64,000 nucleotides of DNA from Phoronis australis (Eukaryota > Animalia > Phoronida), in NCBI GenBank assembly GCA_002633005.1, contig NMRA01000349.1:248001-312000 (forward strand), read 5' to 3'. Below, piece after piece: positions 41,101-51,357 of the stretch; position 1 is the stretch's first letter, and each line of letters opens with the position of its first letter. The notes beneath the pieces were generated by a model, which made no database searches, was not told the origin of the DNA, and saw only the letters and a list, made by a program, of their open reading frames with translations. The translations under genes were made by a program, and so were the position numbers.

Positions 41101-44100
41101 CTGACTTCTGAAATTGACAGCTACATATAGTACGAGACTATAACCATAAATTTGATGTCTGACCTTTGCAACTCGTGAAGCTTGCTGCTTAAGCAGGGTC
41201 ACATCTTGAAACAGTTTTAATTCTAGTGGAGGCTGCGTGGTCACTGGTCGTCTGCGCACCGCAGGATGGCACGGGGTTATTACTCAGCAATTTTGTAAAT
41301 TTAATAGTGAATGACTAATCTGAGGGCAAGAGAACCTTTGTTGGGATCATCCGCTGTTATGACGTTTTCACAGTCATTTGGCGAAGTGACGATAAAGCTC
41401 TTTGAAAAGGGCTACGCGTTCCTAGTATGAGTGTCGTGTCGGGATTTAGATCGCCAGGTAAGATTAACCGCCCAGGGCGGTTGTCTGTCCTAATAAGCGC
41501 CCATGTTCGGTTAATCGCCCATCCCCTACTTTAGGTTGATTTTCGATTTAACCGCCCACTGCTCGGTTAACTGCCCTCCCCCGAGTTTTTGGGTTCGCCA
41601 ATTTAACCGCCCAGGGCGTTAACCCGAACGATTATGGTATATTTTCTATGCAAGATTAAAACCAAGCAATACATGTTAACTCTCCAGGACCAAAAATAAA
41701 TATCTCAAAACCAGAACTTTTACTTTAGCACGAATTAAAGCAATCCAATACATTGAGATTGTTTTCACACAGAAGACCAAAGAGCAAATCAAGACTAAAA
41801 TTCACCACATCAAGACTGAAAATTTATCACATCAGCTCCTATAACTTATCAAGTGAGGACCAAAAACTCTTCACTTAAGGATCAAAATAAAATACGACTG
41901 AACTAAGAATTTAATAAGTCGGGTTCAAAAACTTACCATGTCAGTAATTTTTTACGCCAGGACACCACATCACCATCCCCAAGCATTGATCCTTCAAAGT
42001 AATAATATCCGTACTACACGTATAAACAAGGGCTAAGTGTTCAACCTCTCATATTGTCTTGGAAATGCGGTTGAATTTCGTCTAATCCACGTTTTACAAT
42101 AGATGCCAATGTATAGGTACATACTGGATTGTCAGCATTGCATAATGGGTGATCACGTAGTCTCCGGGCTTGAAAACAATTCTCTCCTGGCGTGATAAGT
42201 TTTCTGACGCAAAAAATCCTGGTTGCCAATTGTTTTTGATTCAACAGATTTCAATTCCTGAATAGAAAATGCGTGTCCTGTATTTTGCTGCTTCAGCTTT
42301 CCATTCAGCCAACTAGTGCACAGCACAGTTTTTATGCGCCCACATATTTATATGTGGACGCATTATGCCGTCATCTCTGTCCGTCCGTCCGTCCGTCCGG
42401 GTGGCGTCCGTCCGGCGTCCGCTGCTCTATCTCCAAAACCCTTTGACATACGTTCATGAAATTTGGCACCTATGTTCCATTCATGAATGGGACGGCATGT
42501 GCGAACTTTCGGACGGATCCGACTACCGGTGTGCCCCCTAGTGGCAATTTTATTTTTTTACGCTTACCTTTGTATCTTCACAAGTCCTTATTGGATTTTC
42601 ATGAAATTTGGTATGTAGGCACCTGTTAGTGAGATGACGCTATCCTCCCATTTTCAGATGGATTCGACATAGTTTGCGCCACCTAGTGGCCATTTTTAGT
42701 GTTTTCGAGTCTGTTTTTGTGCGTCCACCCCTCTATCAACCAAACCGCTCAAAGGATGATTGTGAAAATTGGCGTGTATGTGCTTACTATAAGGAAGACA
42801 GCTGACAATGATTTTCAGATGATTTGGACTACTGTGGCGCCTCCTAGTGGTAGTTTTTTTTTTTTTTGCGCCCATGGCTGTATCTCCCAAACCGTTTGCA
42901 GGATCTTTACTAAATTTAGCAAGTGTATTTATGTGATGTTGACAACGGACGATGACGACTTTAGGATGATTCTGACTACCGGTATTCCTCTAGTGGCAAT
43001 TTTAGTATTTGCCTCTAGTGGCAATTTTAGTATTTTACATTGACCTCTGTATTTTCTTCAGGTGTGTACTTTGTGTTACTTCGTGACTATGAAGGAAAAG
43101 TTCCAAGTAGAAATTTGTTTCTGGCATTCTAATGCTGTGCTAATCTCGTCTGCTGGTAAATTTGTTTTTAATTCTATGTTTCTGTGGTGCTTTAAGCAAC
43201 TGGTGTATAGGATGTGCTTGTATTATGAAGATTTCTCACATTTTGCCCCTAGCCTATTGAGGAGACAAGGACCATGCCTTTCCATTTTGCAAAGTACAAC
43301 ATACTACATATATGCCCTCTACTGGCCACTTTATGGTACCAATAAACAACCCTAGAAGGATACCGTATGCAGTGCAATTGTGGGCTCATTTCAACGCTCT
43401 GCGTTGCTCTTGTTTTAACATCCCGTCGTGGTTCCACTGCAAAGAATCACTTCTGGTACAACTTTCCCTAAATGACATTCGTATTTTGCACATTTCTTCG
43501 GGGTACCAGTTTTCCAAGAGCTATATATTCATTGGACAAGTTTCTGTTTGGTATTCGGTTTTATTTTCTTTCTCAGGTAGTCCTTGAGCTCATGCTCTGA
43601 AAGTTTTGAAAACGCAACTCTTCCTTTACGCAGATACGTTTTCTGCCATGGGCAACAACTCGCTGAATTCATCAACCAAACATTTATTTTTGAAAATGCT
43701 TTCAAAAGTGGACTTTTTTAAAACACGGTGTTGACCATATTCGTCAGTGTATGGAAGCGAAATGAACAAATTTGTGCACACTGCTCAAAGCACTTTTTGA
43801 ACATACCGAAACGCCAACGTCTCTGTCTTACAACACTGCGTGTGCTTGGCATTTCTGGTAAAGCGCTCTCATGCTGGACATTTTTTAAGATTGAGCACCG
43901 TTTCAAAAAATTGTATTTCTTCTTACAGCTGAGTATAGAAGAAATATTCTGCGATTTTAGGACCGAAATGGAACCAAATCTCGAGTGGTGACTCATTAGA
44001 ATGTGCAAAACTCGGGCGGGGGGTGGGGGTGGCGATACAAGCATGATTTTTTTTGTTTTTGCGCCAAACATGTAGTTGCCACTTGTCATTCAGCGTCACT

Positions 44101-46862
44101 TACTGTTGTGTACTTAGTCACACAATAACAGGATGTTTGTAGGTTGTTATTGTTTATGAGTTCAGTAGTTTATTTGGTATTATGTCATGCGATTCCTGGT
44201 ATAGGAAGTGTGTCATAGGTAACGCATCATATGTTGTTATGTAGTTGTGTGTATATATATTGTTGTGATATGTAGAATAAATCAGTTCAGGGTTCAGTTC
44301 AATTCTGTTCGTTTCACTGCGTAGTTCATGGAGTGTCTACTTTATTTGACAAAGTAAGATACACAACACTTACTACCTAAGGTGGCCAGATCATACGCTA
44401 TAAATATCACTAGACACTTTGCTTCTCAAAAGTGCACCTTGATGTATTTCCTATCAATTTCCGACCGGTCGGACAAAAATTTGTGATATGTGCTGTATGG
44501 ATGATTTTGAAAATTGGCATTCTCAGTGTGAAAAGGACGGTCGATGATGACGACTTCAACCACTGTGGCGCCTCCTAATGGTTGTTTTGTTTTGTTTTGC
44601 GCCCATAGCTGTATCTCCTAAACCCACAGCAGGATCTTTATTAAAGATAGTAAGATTGAAGTGAACAACAGGGAACGCTGTGCCCACTCGTGGCAATTTC
44701 ATTCTATTCCATTTTTTGTTTTGCTAAAGTTCCTTGATATTTTTTATGAAATTTTGTAAATAGCTTTCTATTAAAGAAGCGATGATATGTTCCCCTTTTC
44801 GGATGGATTGGATGTTTTTGCACCATCTAGTGGCCATTTTATGATACAAATAAACATCCCTAGAAAAACCCTGTTTGCTGTGCATTTGTGGGTGCATTTC
44901 AACGCTCCTCGTTGCTGTTGTTTCATTTTGTTGTAGAGTGGAACTAGTCTAAGCTAAAACGAAAAAAAATTTTGATAAGACGAAAATCTTGATTTTGAGT
45001 CTGAATTGTGAAGTTTGAAATCGGCTTAGACCCCATGTCATTTCTGCGTGCGCACCGCAGGTAAATAAAAGAGAGCCCTCCTGGTCGGCTACAATTTGCG
45101 CCATTGTAAAACCACGATGTTGAAAAACTTTCTTTGCAGTAAAGTTGTCTTAAATGGGCGCTTTTTTACAGAATAGGTGATTTATCAAGTTCTTGAATAT
45201 TATATTCAGTCAAAATTGGCGCCAGTTTTGAATCAATGCTGATGAGGCCTGGCTTTTTCTTGTTTCGTGATGAACAACAATGAGTTGATTGCTTTTCTTT
45301 ACAAAACTGGCAGATCACATTCACGCTATTCCGCAAATAACACCACTGTTCATGTAGAGGCACAAATTATTCTTATTTATATATTTTCTAATTGCTCCCA
45401 GATATTTATTATGCTCAGGCCTGCACATCTCAAAGATCAATCATCCACTCCTGTTACCTCTATCAGTCCCTGTAGGCTTTGCGCGGACTAATTTCCGGAC
45501 ATGCGCAATCGTTAAACCGATTCAGCTGCAAGTCCGCTATTTAATAGGCCTACGTACAGCAAGCTTGGCATTTTTCGATACTATGTGCAGCTTCCATTCT
45601 TTGGAAATATTGATCTTTGTATTTTTTTCAATATTAATTAAGCTCATTGTCTGAACACTTATTGATCTATTTAGAATTCTGTTCTTGAAAGTGTGATTGT
45701 CTCTTGACTGTTTTAGTGTTTTTGTCAATATTAATTATTAGCACATATCTGAACATTAATTGATTTCGTTGGAATTCTGTTATTGAAAGGGTTATTGTCT
45801 CTTGACTATTGTCAGTATTAAGGACATCTGAACACTAATTGATCTCTTTAGAATTCTGTTCTTGAAAGGGTGATTGTCTCTTGACTATTTTAGTATTTTT
45901 GTCAATATTAAGCACATATCTGAACACTTATTGATTTCACCAGAATTTTGTTGATGAAAGAGTGATCGTGACAGCAGACCACGATTGAAGCCGAACTCGG
46001 AGTATGCGAGGCATTTTCTATGTATTGGCAAGTCCAGATTAGTATGTCATAAATTCAATGATCTTTGTTTGAATTCTTTTGCACTCAAAATTAAATATAT
46101 TTTGAAATATATTTTGAAATATATTTTGAAGTGTTTTCTCTGCACACTGCATGGTTCCCGCGAACTTATTCTCTGCTCACTGCATGGTTACCGCGAACTT
46201 ACAAGTTCATTGGAAACTACATGGTATTAAGTACGACCGTCGATCGAGACACATAAAAATTTAAGGGCTGACTCCATTTGTTCTTTATCTTTGGTTCATG
46301 TCGCAACTATCCTTCTAAAATCTGGGCCGCCTAGCTTTTAGTCTGAAAGCTAGTGGCCCAGTTGGCAACTAGTCAGTTTGGAGTTCCAAGGTAAAGTTTA
46401 AATGGAGGGTTTGTAGACACCTTGAGAAGACACAAACAGCTAACTTCAGTTTACTCTTTGATGAGTTCCAAGGTTAGGTTACTTTGTTCATGGAGGGTTT
46501 GTGGAGCACCATATGAAGGCACTAACAGCTGCTGTAGCTTCAGTTTACTGTTTGATGAATCTCAAGATAAGTTCTGTGGGCGCCTCGAATGTTCATTTAG
46601 GAAATACAGATCTGATCGTTATGTCTTCCAGTAAATCAGTTTTGACCAGCTCAGTCTTTCCTGGTTGTGCTTCTCTGGTAATTTTGTTCTCTTTGTATAG
46701 GTCTAGCCCTGCTGGAAGCCTTGGAGATGTTAAGTGGTCAGAGTGAGTCCAAGGTGATCAGCCTACTGGACAGTCTGCCATCTGATGTGGCTAACGAGGG
46801 TCAGGAGTTGATGGATGACATGGAGCACAGGTTCAACGTGGATGATGTCGACGATGTGGAAG
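23126..46862 (+). CDS. FAM114A2: FAM114A (Noxp20) family protein, 5' partial; exons 23126-23821, 24176-24281, 25051-25188, 25640-25785, 25971-26111, 31965-32070, 46701-46862
   Basis: Motifs [103 protein letters not shown]. Splice phases are consistent. The last exon ends at a donor with no stop. The A1 versus A2 label is arbitrary in an invertebrate. Confidence 0.9.
26121..26352 (+). repeat. Three degenerate tandem copies (~80 bp) of the 3' end and donor of FAM114A exon 25971-26111
   Basis: GA(A/G)ACTG(A/G)C..(CTTCATGAAGACAA)...TGA(A/G)AA...TCTGAG G(T/C)GAGTGAA recurs with increasing decay. Confidence 0.75.
26773..30193 (+). mobile_element. Non-autonomous Helentron/DINE-1-type element (copy A) with internal tandem array and nested insertion
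   Basis: 5' TTTTTATGCGCCCACA, then (GTCC)n-like microsatellite, then ~150-bp subunits in a ~450-bp higher-order repeat. 3' GGGGCGCAT (inverted to the 5' ATGCGCCC) plus hairpin CAACGC-TCC-GC(A/G)TTG and CTCTTGT. Confidence 0.75.
28529..30120. mobile_element. Putative TIR DNA element nested in copy A
   Basis: ACCGTATTTATCCACCTT at the left end versus AAGGTGGATAAATGCGGT at the right end. No clear TSD and no transposase ORF. Confidence 0.5.
30405..30620. repeat. Degenerate ~21-bp minisatellite
   Basis: Recurrent AAC(A/G)(A/G)ACA(A/G)GTTA unit. Confidence 0.5.
32071..32358 (+). repeat. Tandem ~84-bp copies of the 3' end and donor of FAM114A exon 31965-32070; array resumes at ~46381-46600
   Basis: CTTGAGAAGGCACAA..GCTAGCTT.AG.TTACTGTTTGATGAGTTCCAAG|GTAA.GTTTGTTCATGGAGGGTTT.TAGACAC is repeated. 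Confidence 0.85.
32382..34530 (+). mobile_element. Older Helentron/DINE-type copy with a younger copy (32733-34163) inserted into a T-run; spans the N gap
   Basis: Two family 5' ends (32382, 32733) and a 3' hairpin end at 34135-34163. The host sequence GGCCATTTTT|TTACT..TTTC resumes after the inner copy. Confidence 0.7.
33007..33940. other. Assembly gap (N run)
   Basis: 934 N. Both flanks match the repeat copy at 42329-43413. Confidence 1.
39239..41637. mobile_element. 2.4-kb non-autonomous Tc1/mariner-pogo-like element
   Basis: TA|CCGTAATCGTTCGGGTTAA ... TTAACCCGAACGATTATGG|TA, with subterminal direct repeats TTAA(C/G)CGCCC at both ends. No transposase ORF. Confidence 0.75.
42329..43413 (+). 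mobile_element. Complete ~1.1-kb Helentron/DINE-type element (copy D)
   Basis: T-run 5' end, (GTCC)n, internal array and 3' hairpin are all present. Nearly identical to 32733-33006 and 33941-34163. Confidence 0.8.
44104..44368 (+). mobile_element. Solo LTR, copy 1
   Basis: TGTTGTGTA...TACACAACA ends, internal TATATA and AATAAA, 5-bp TSD CTTAC. Confidence 0.85.
45645..45970. repeat. Tandem repeat, 4 copies of ~80-100 bp
   Basis: TCTGAACACT.ATTGAT...AGAATTCTGTT.TTGAAAG.GTGATTGTCTCTTGACT recurs at ~45649, 45748, 45827 and 45919. Confidence 0.8.
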
Positions 46863-46971
46863 GTGACTAACTTTGACATGTAGCAATTGCGCGATTTACC
46901 ATACTCATCCAGAGTTCTGTTTCAGGAGAAGTGACTCAAGTCGGAATTTTGGCCTTACGCCTCTACTTCAT

Positions 46972-47124
46972 AATTGACCTATCTCAAGCTCTGTCCCTTG
47001 CGAAAAGTTTTACCTGGCAACATGTTGTTTGTCGGGTAAAATGGCGGCTTGAAGGTTGGTCAAGAATACTGCGTTCTGATTGGTCAGTTAAACCGTTACT
47101 CAAAATCATGGCGATAGGTCAATT
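46972..47124. mobile_element. MITE, copy 2 of the 14980 family
   Basis: AATTGACCTATC ... GATAGGTCAATT ends, with shared core GTAAAATGGCGGCTTG..TTCTGATTGGTCAGTTAA. Confidence 0.65.
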
Positions 47125-49484
47125 GCTGAAAAAAGGTTGTAAAGTAATTATGAGTGTAATTGGGTATGATACGCTACATAAAACACTTTTATTGTACTGA
47201 CTTCTGTCCCTGTTTAAATTCAGGGTAGACTGTAGCACCATCTGAAGTAGGCCAGCACGCCTGGCATAGACAAGGATCATCCCGTAGGGTTGCCATGTTG
47301 GAATCTTTTTTGGCAAATTATGTCTCACTTACTAAACCGTCAATTCTCATCGCTGTAAGTACCTTTTGAGCATAAAGGGACACCTTAGGAGGCCATTGAT
47401 GTCTTTAATTCCTTCTGACTTGTACAAATACTTCAATTTGCAATTAAGATTTTTTTCTGAATATATATCTATTCATTTGTCAATGATGCCATTTTGTCCA
47501 GGTACAAGGGGTACAATCCTGGCGTCCAAGTTTCACGCACTTTCTAGCAAACTCTGGTGGACCACCAGTATAGTGCATTATTGATTGGCTTATTGTGGAG
47601 TTCATGGATGTCGGCCGTGATTTAATTGAAAATTTTACATGCAATTGAAAGAAAAATGGCTCTGTTCCCGATTTCGGTAACTGAAAGAAAAACCATTCAG
47701 AAAGAAATGTTGATTGAGGAAGTATTTGCTCGAGTTCGAAAGACTACTATAGACTTCAATGCCCTCCAAATGTGTTCATCTACACTTAACTGGTACATAT
47801 AGTAATTTAACTTCGATAATTTAACCAAGGTTTAGCATAAGTTGCAGAAAATCTTCCAGCATACAGGCTACATTTGGGTGTGCCATTGCCTAGATTCAGG
47901 GTTGATTTGTCCACTACCTCTTGAGGTGGAAACTACCGTAGTAAGCCTTGTGCTTTGACCTCCTGTGGGTCAACTCACTCAGCTCCTCCCATTGATCTTG
48001 GCATTGATTATTTATATGTCTGAGTAAGATACATTTATTTAGGACAAAAACCTTTTCAGTAGAACTGTTCTCCCATAAGGTTCTGATAAGAAAGAAGTAT
48101 TTGAAACTCATTAAAATAGTATTACACAAGAATTAAAATCAGAATATCAAGCAATAAAAAGATTAACAACAAACCTGAAACAAGAGAATGAACACACATT
48201 ACAATTAAGGTACCTGTGCTGTGCATCAAAATCAAGATGGCCACACGCACGCACACACACATTCACCCACACACACCCAAACCCCCCCCACACACANNCC
48301 CCCCCCCCCCCCAAACACACATATAATATATTCTATACCTCGTCCTCCTGCCCTTGTTACAATCAAACCATCAAATACAATAGCGGTAAGTGTCAAATAC
48401 TAACAGTAATACAAGCTCTTAATATTCACATGAATGTGAACAAAACATATTTACATGTTGACTATGTAAGATCTTTTTCCTTCATAATGAAGTATAGGCA
48501 GACTATCTTACAATCAAATAATTTCAAACTAACTTTAATGGGGAGTGCATTAAAACCATTGACATTTTTCCTCATGGAATTCACTGCCTTAGCAGCCTGT
48601 AGATAAAGTTTTCTGTGTGCAAGACCACATCATGGTTATCTAAAAAGAAGTGACGATGGGTTGCACGGAAGAAAAACTTGATTTGAATTAATGCATAAGA
48701 TAGTTATTCCAGTACTATTATGTAGCCAAAACAAAAACCTAATTTTAGTGTGCACATATGGTTATTTCGGAACTCCTGTGCAGCCTTGCAGTTTTTCTGT
48801 GAACGCTTAGATCCATAGAATGTTCAACAAAGTTATACAAGGTTCACAAAGTCATGCTGTCTTATCAGAGGGCACATCCGACATCAGATCTGCTGTCTGA
48901 AAATAGTCCACTTCACACGTGAGCTCCGTCAGACATCTGTCATCTTATTGGACTCCATATCAGACTCCATGTCAGACGTTGCATTTGCCATCTTACTGGC
49001 TGCATTCAAAGGAGTCACGTAACTTGCATTTAAGCTCTGTTCGATTGCTATGACTGGCAGATCATGCATTGATTTCATGCTGACAATGCAAAACTCATAA
49101 GATGGCTGATGGAACACCATTGTAAACACTAGTTTTAAACTGCTGTCCTATCTGCCTTCTTGTACAAATTCCATATCTGACCAGTGTTATTGTGGCCTGC
49201 TGTTACGTGAAAGTTCTCTTATTTGGGACAGTCTCTAAAATTTGGAACACAGAAACTTGGTCAAAAATTTAATTAAATTAGGACAAGGGCAATTTTGGCG
49301 TTACTAATAGTTCTCAAATTTCTGACAATGTCTCTTCAGTCTACAGAGTTTACAATTTTGTCATCTTTTAAGTAATTCTTGAATTTGGGACTGCCAGTAT
49401 TACCTATTTCTAGAATTGGGGACTGGCTTCAACCTTGCGCAAAATAATCGATTTTTCACTCTCAAATTGGAGAATTTTTAGTAG

Positions 49485-50390
49485 TTACCATGTGTGGCCA
49501 AAGCGACTCTCTGCATTCACGCCCACATTCGGTGCAAGCTTAACCATCATTCCATAACTCTGCATCTTCATCATCATTGTCATTGCCACAATTAAGTTGA
49601 TATGTTTGCTTGCCATATGTGCGCATATGGCGGGTTAGTGCAGTTCTATTACTACACACACGCCCACACAGGTGACACACTGTGTCATTATTATTCTTAT
49701 CGGACATGTGGTCGTCATATTCATGTGTACGGTATGTGCGCAGCTGTACACAATCGGAAACCGCCTTGTGCATCATTGCAAAAGTTTGTGTCTTACCGCC
49801 ATTGCTCCCACCATCATTGGTTTGGTACAGATGGTGAGGCCAAGCCAGCTTCACTACTGTACATACCCCCATACCTGGCACTTTCTGCATCATCCCAGGA
49901 CTGTTCACCACTGAGCTTCTTATAGTCATCACTATATTGGTGCAAACGGTAGCTATGTGTAATGGTATGTGAGGTTAAACTATCTCCGCTGCTATACACA
50001 GATTCATACCTGGCGCTTTTTGCGTCATACGAGGACTGTTCTCCATTGAGTTTCTTATAATCATTACAAATGGTAGTCCTGTTGGCGTGCATGTGAGGTT
50101 AAACTTTCTCCGCTGCTGTACACAAGCTCATACATGGCACTTTCTGCATCATCCCAGAACTCTTTTTCATGGAGTTCTTTATAACCCCACTGAATTGGTA
50201 CAAATTATAGTAGTCCTGTTGGCGTGCATGTGAGGTTAAACTATCTCCGCTGCTGTACACAGGCTAAAACCAGGCACTTTCTGCGTCATCCAAGACTGTT
50301 CTCCATTGAGTTTCTTATAATCATCATTGGATTAATACACAAGTGGTAGTCGTGTGTGCGTGCATGTGTCATTAAACCTTATTCACTGCT
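49485..50390 (-). pseudogene. Degenerate ~120-bp-period C2H2 zinc-finger-derived repeat array, cassette 1
   Basis: One intact finger (CHLCGRVCSNRTALTRHMRTY, last His replaced) plus Cys-less units (SWDDAESARYxxxYSSxxxLxSH). Contains frameshifts and stops. Confidence 0.6.
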
Positions 50391-50391
50391 C

Positions 50392-51357
50392 TTATTCAAT
50401 GGCTGCTTGATTGTTGACCCCTCGTGGTTCACCTTCTTCTGGAAATTGGGTGTCGTCCTGTGATCCATGCTTGTCAAGGAGAGGCATTAATTTGCCTATT
50501 TGTGTCGTCAATTGGTCTATTTGACTGCACAGTTTGTCTGTTTTTGTGCCCAGTGGGTCTTTACTTGTTTGTGTGCTCAGCTTGTCTATTTGTGTGCTCA
50601 CTTGGTTTACAAGACTGCTCAGCTGGTCTATTGGTCTGCTCGAAATATCGAGGACAGCTAATAGTGGTTTGTGGTCCAAAATGTTCTCATCTCCTTCCCC
50701 AAATTGGATGTTGCAGATGTGATATTGTGGCCCATTATATAATAAATAATCGATCTTCTTTTCTCCGGCTTCATACAAATGGAATTGTGGGTATTTTGCT
50801 AGGACACTTTGTGCTTTGTCGCTTTCATAGTTGAAGTCGCCTCCAACAAGTACTTTAAATCCATTCTGTTTGCTCATATAGTCCAGCAGGAACAGAAGCT
50901 CATTTAATATGGATTCCTTGACATCTTTTGCTTTGTAACGGCCATGGTAAGTGGCCACAAGAATATAGGTATCCGACATGCCCTTTATCCAAAACTTTCT
51001 GATGAATAGCCTTGTTGCAAATTCACTGTCCTCTGATATATGTTTAAGTATGCAAAGCCTCTCATGCATGTTAATGAAGTCGTGTTCTTCAATCAGCACA
51101 TTATTTAAGTTGTACACAAAACTTGTGTATCCTCCAGCACGGTCTTTTCTCCCCTCCCATACTTCGTAACAAGCAGGTTTTAGGGAATCTGCATGTGTGT
51201 TAAGGTAGCTTAGTAACATTTTTGCACTGCTTAACTCTTGCAGAAACACCAGGTCTGGCTGTTTGTCCTTCAGCAACCCGTGTATGTATTCATATACTTT
51301 GTCTGTGGTTACACCTTTTTTACGGCCTGCATTCAAGCTTATGAAATCAATTGCCAT
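50392..51357 (-). CDS. Stand-alone EEP (DNase I/APE-like) nuclease/phosphatase with C-terminal heptad repeat, 321 aa, intact
   Basis: Motifs in the expected order: ISLNA, PDLVFLQE, ATYHG, VLVGGDFN, KIDYLL, LDHKPL. Tail IDQLSSL/VNQVSTQ/IDKLSTQ. No reverse transcriptase follows. Confidence 0.85.
   Translation of the reverse strand: MAIDFISLNAGRKKGVTTDKVYEYIHGLLKDKQPDLVFLQELSSAKMLLSYLNTHADSLKPACYEVWEGRKDRAGGYTSFVYNLNNVLIEEHDFINMHERLCILKHISEDSEFATRLFIRKFWIKGMSDTYILVATYHGRYKAKDVKESILNELLFLLDYMSKQNGFKVLVGGDFNYESDKAQSVLAKYPQFHLYEAGEKKIDYLLYNGPQYHICNIQFGEGDENILDHKPLLAVLDISSRPIDQLSSLVNQVSTQIDKLSTQTSKDPLGTKTDKLCSQIDQLTTQIGKLMPLLDKHGSQDDTQFPEEGEPRGVNNQAAIE

Larger units (their letters stand above)
36755..44495. 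mobile_element. 7.7-kb TA-flanked TIR element carrying further nested insertions
   Basis: ~41-bp imperfect TIRs CAGCACA(C/T)ATCAC(G/A)AATTT(A/T)TGTCCGACCGGTCGGA(C/A)ATTG. TA at 36753-36754 and 44496-44497. Confidence 0.75.
36400..44921 (+). mobile_element. Degenerate Helentron/DINE-type copy split into ~36400-36752 and 44498-44921
   Basis: The array sequence CAACCAAACC.. stops at 36752 and continues as GGATGATT.TGAAAATTGGC at 44499. 3' hairpin end at ~44890-44921. Confidence 0.65.

Noticed and set aside
43718-44089. 123-aa ORF as the transposase of the 7.7-kb TIR element
   Set aside because: No recognisable DDE, HTH or THAP motif by eye.
50392-51357. EEP ORF as a LINE ORF2 fragment
   Set aside because: It has its own ATG and stop, a heptad tail, upstream splice signals, and no RT or poly(A) tail. 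A remote TE origin is still possible.
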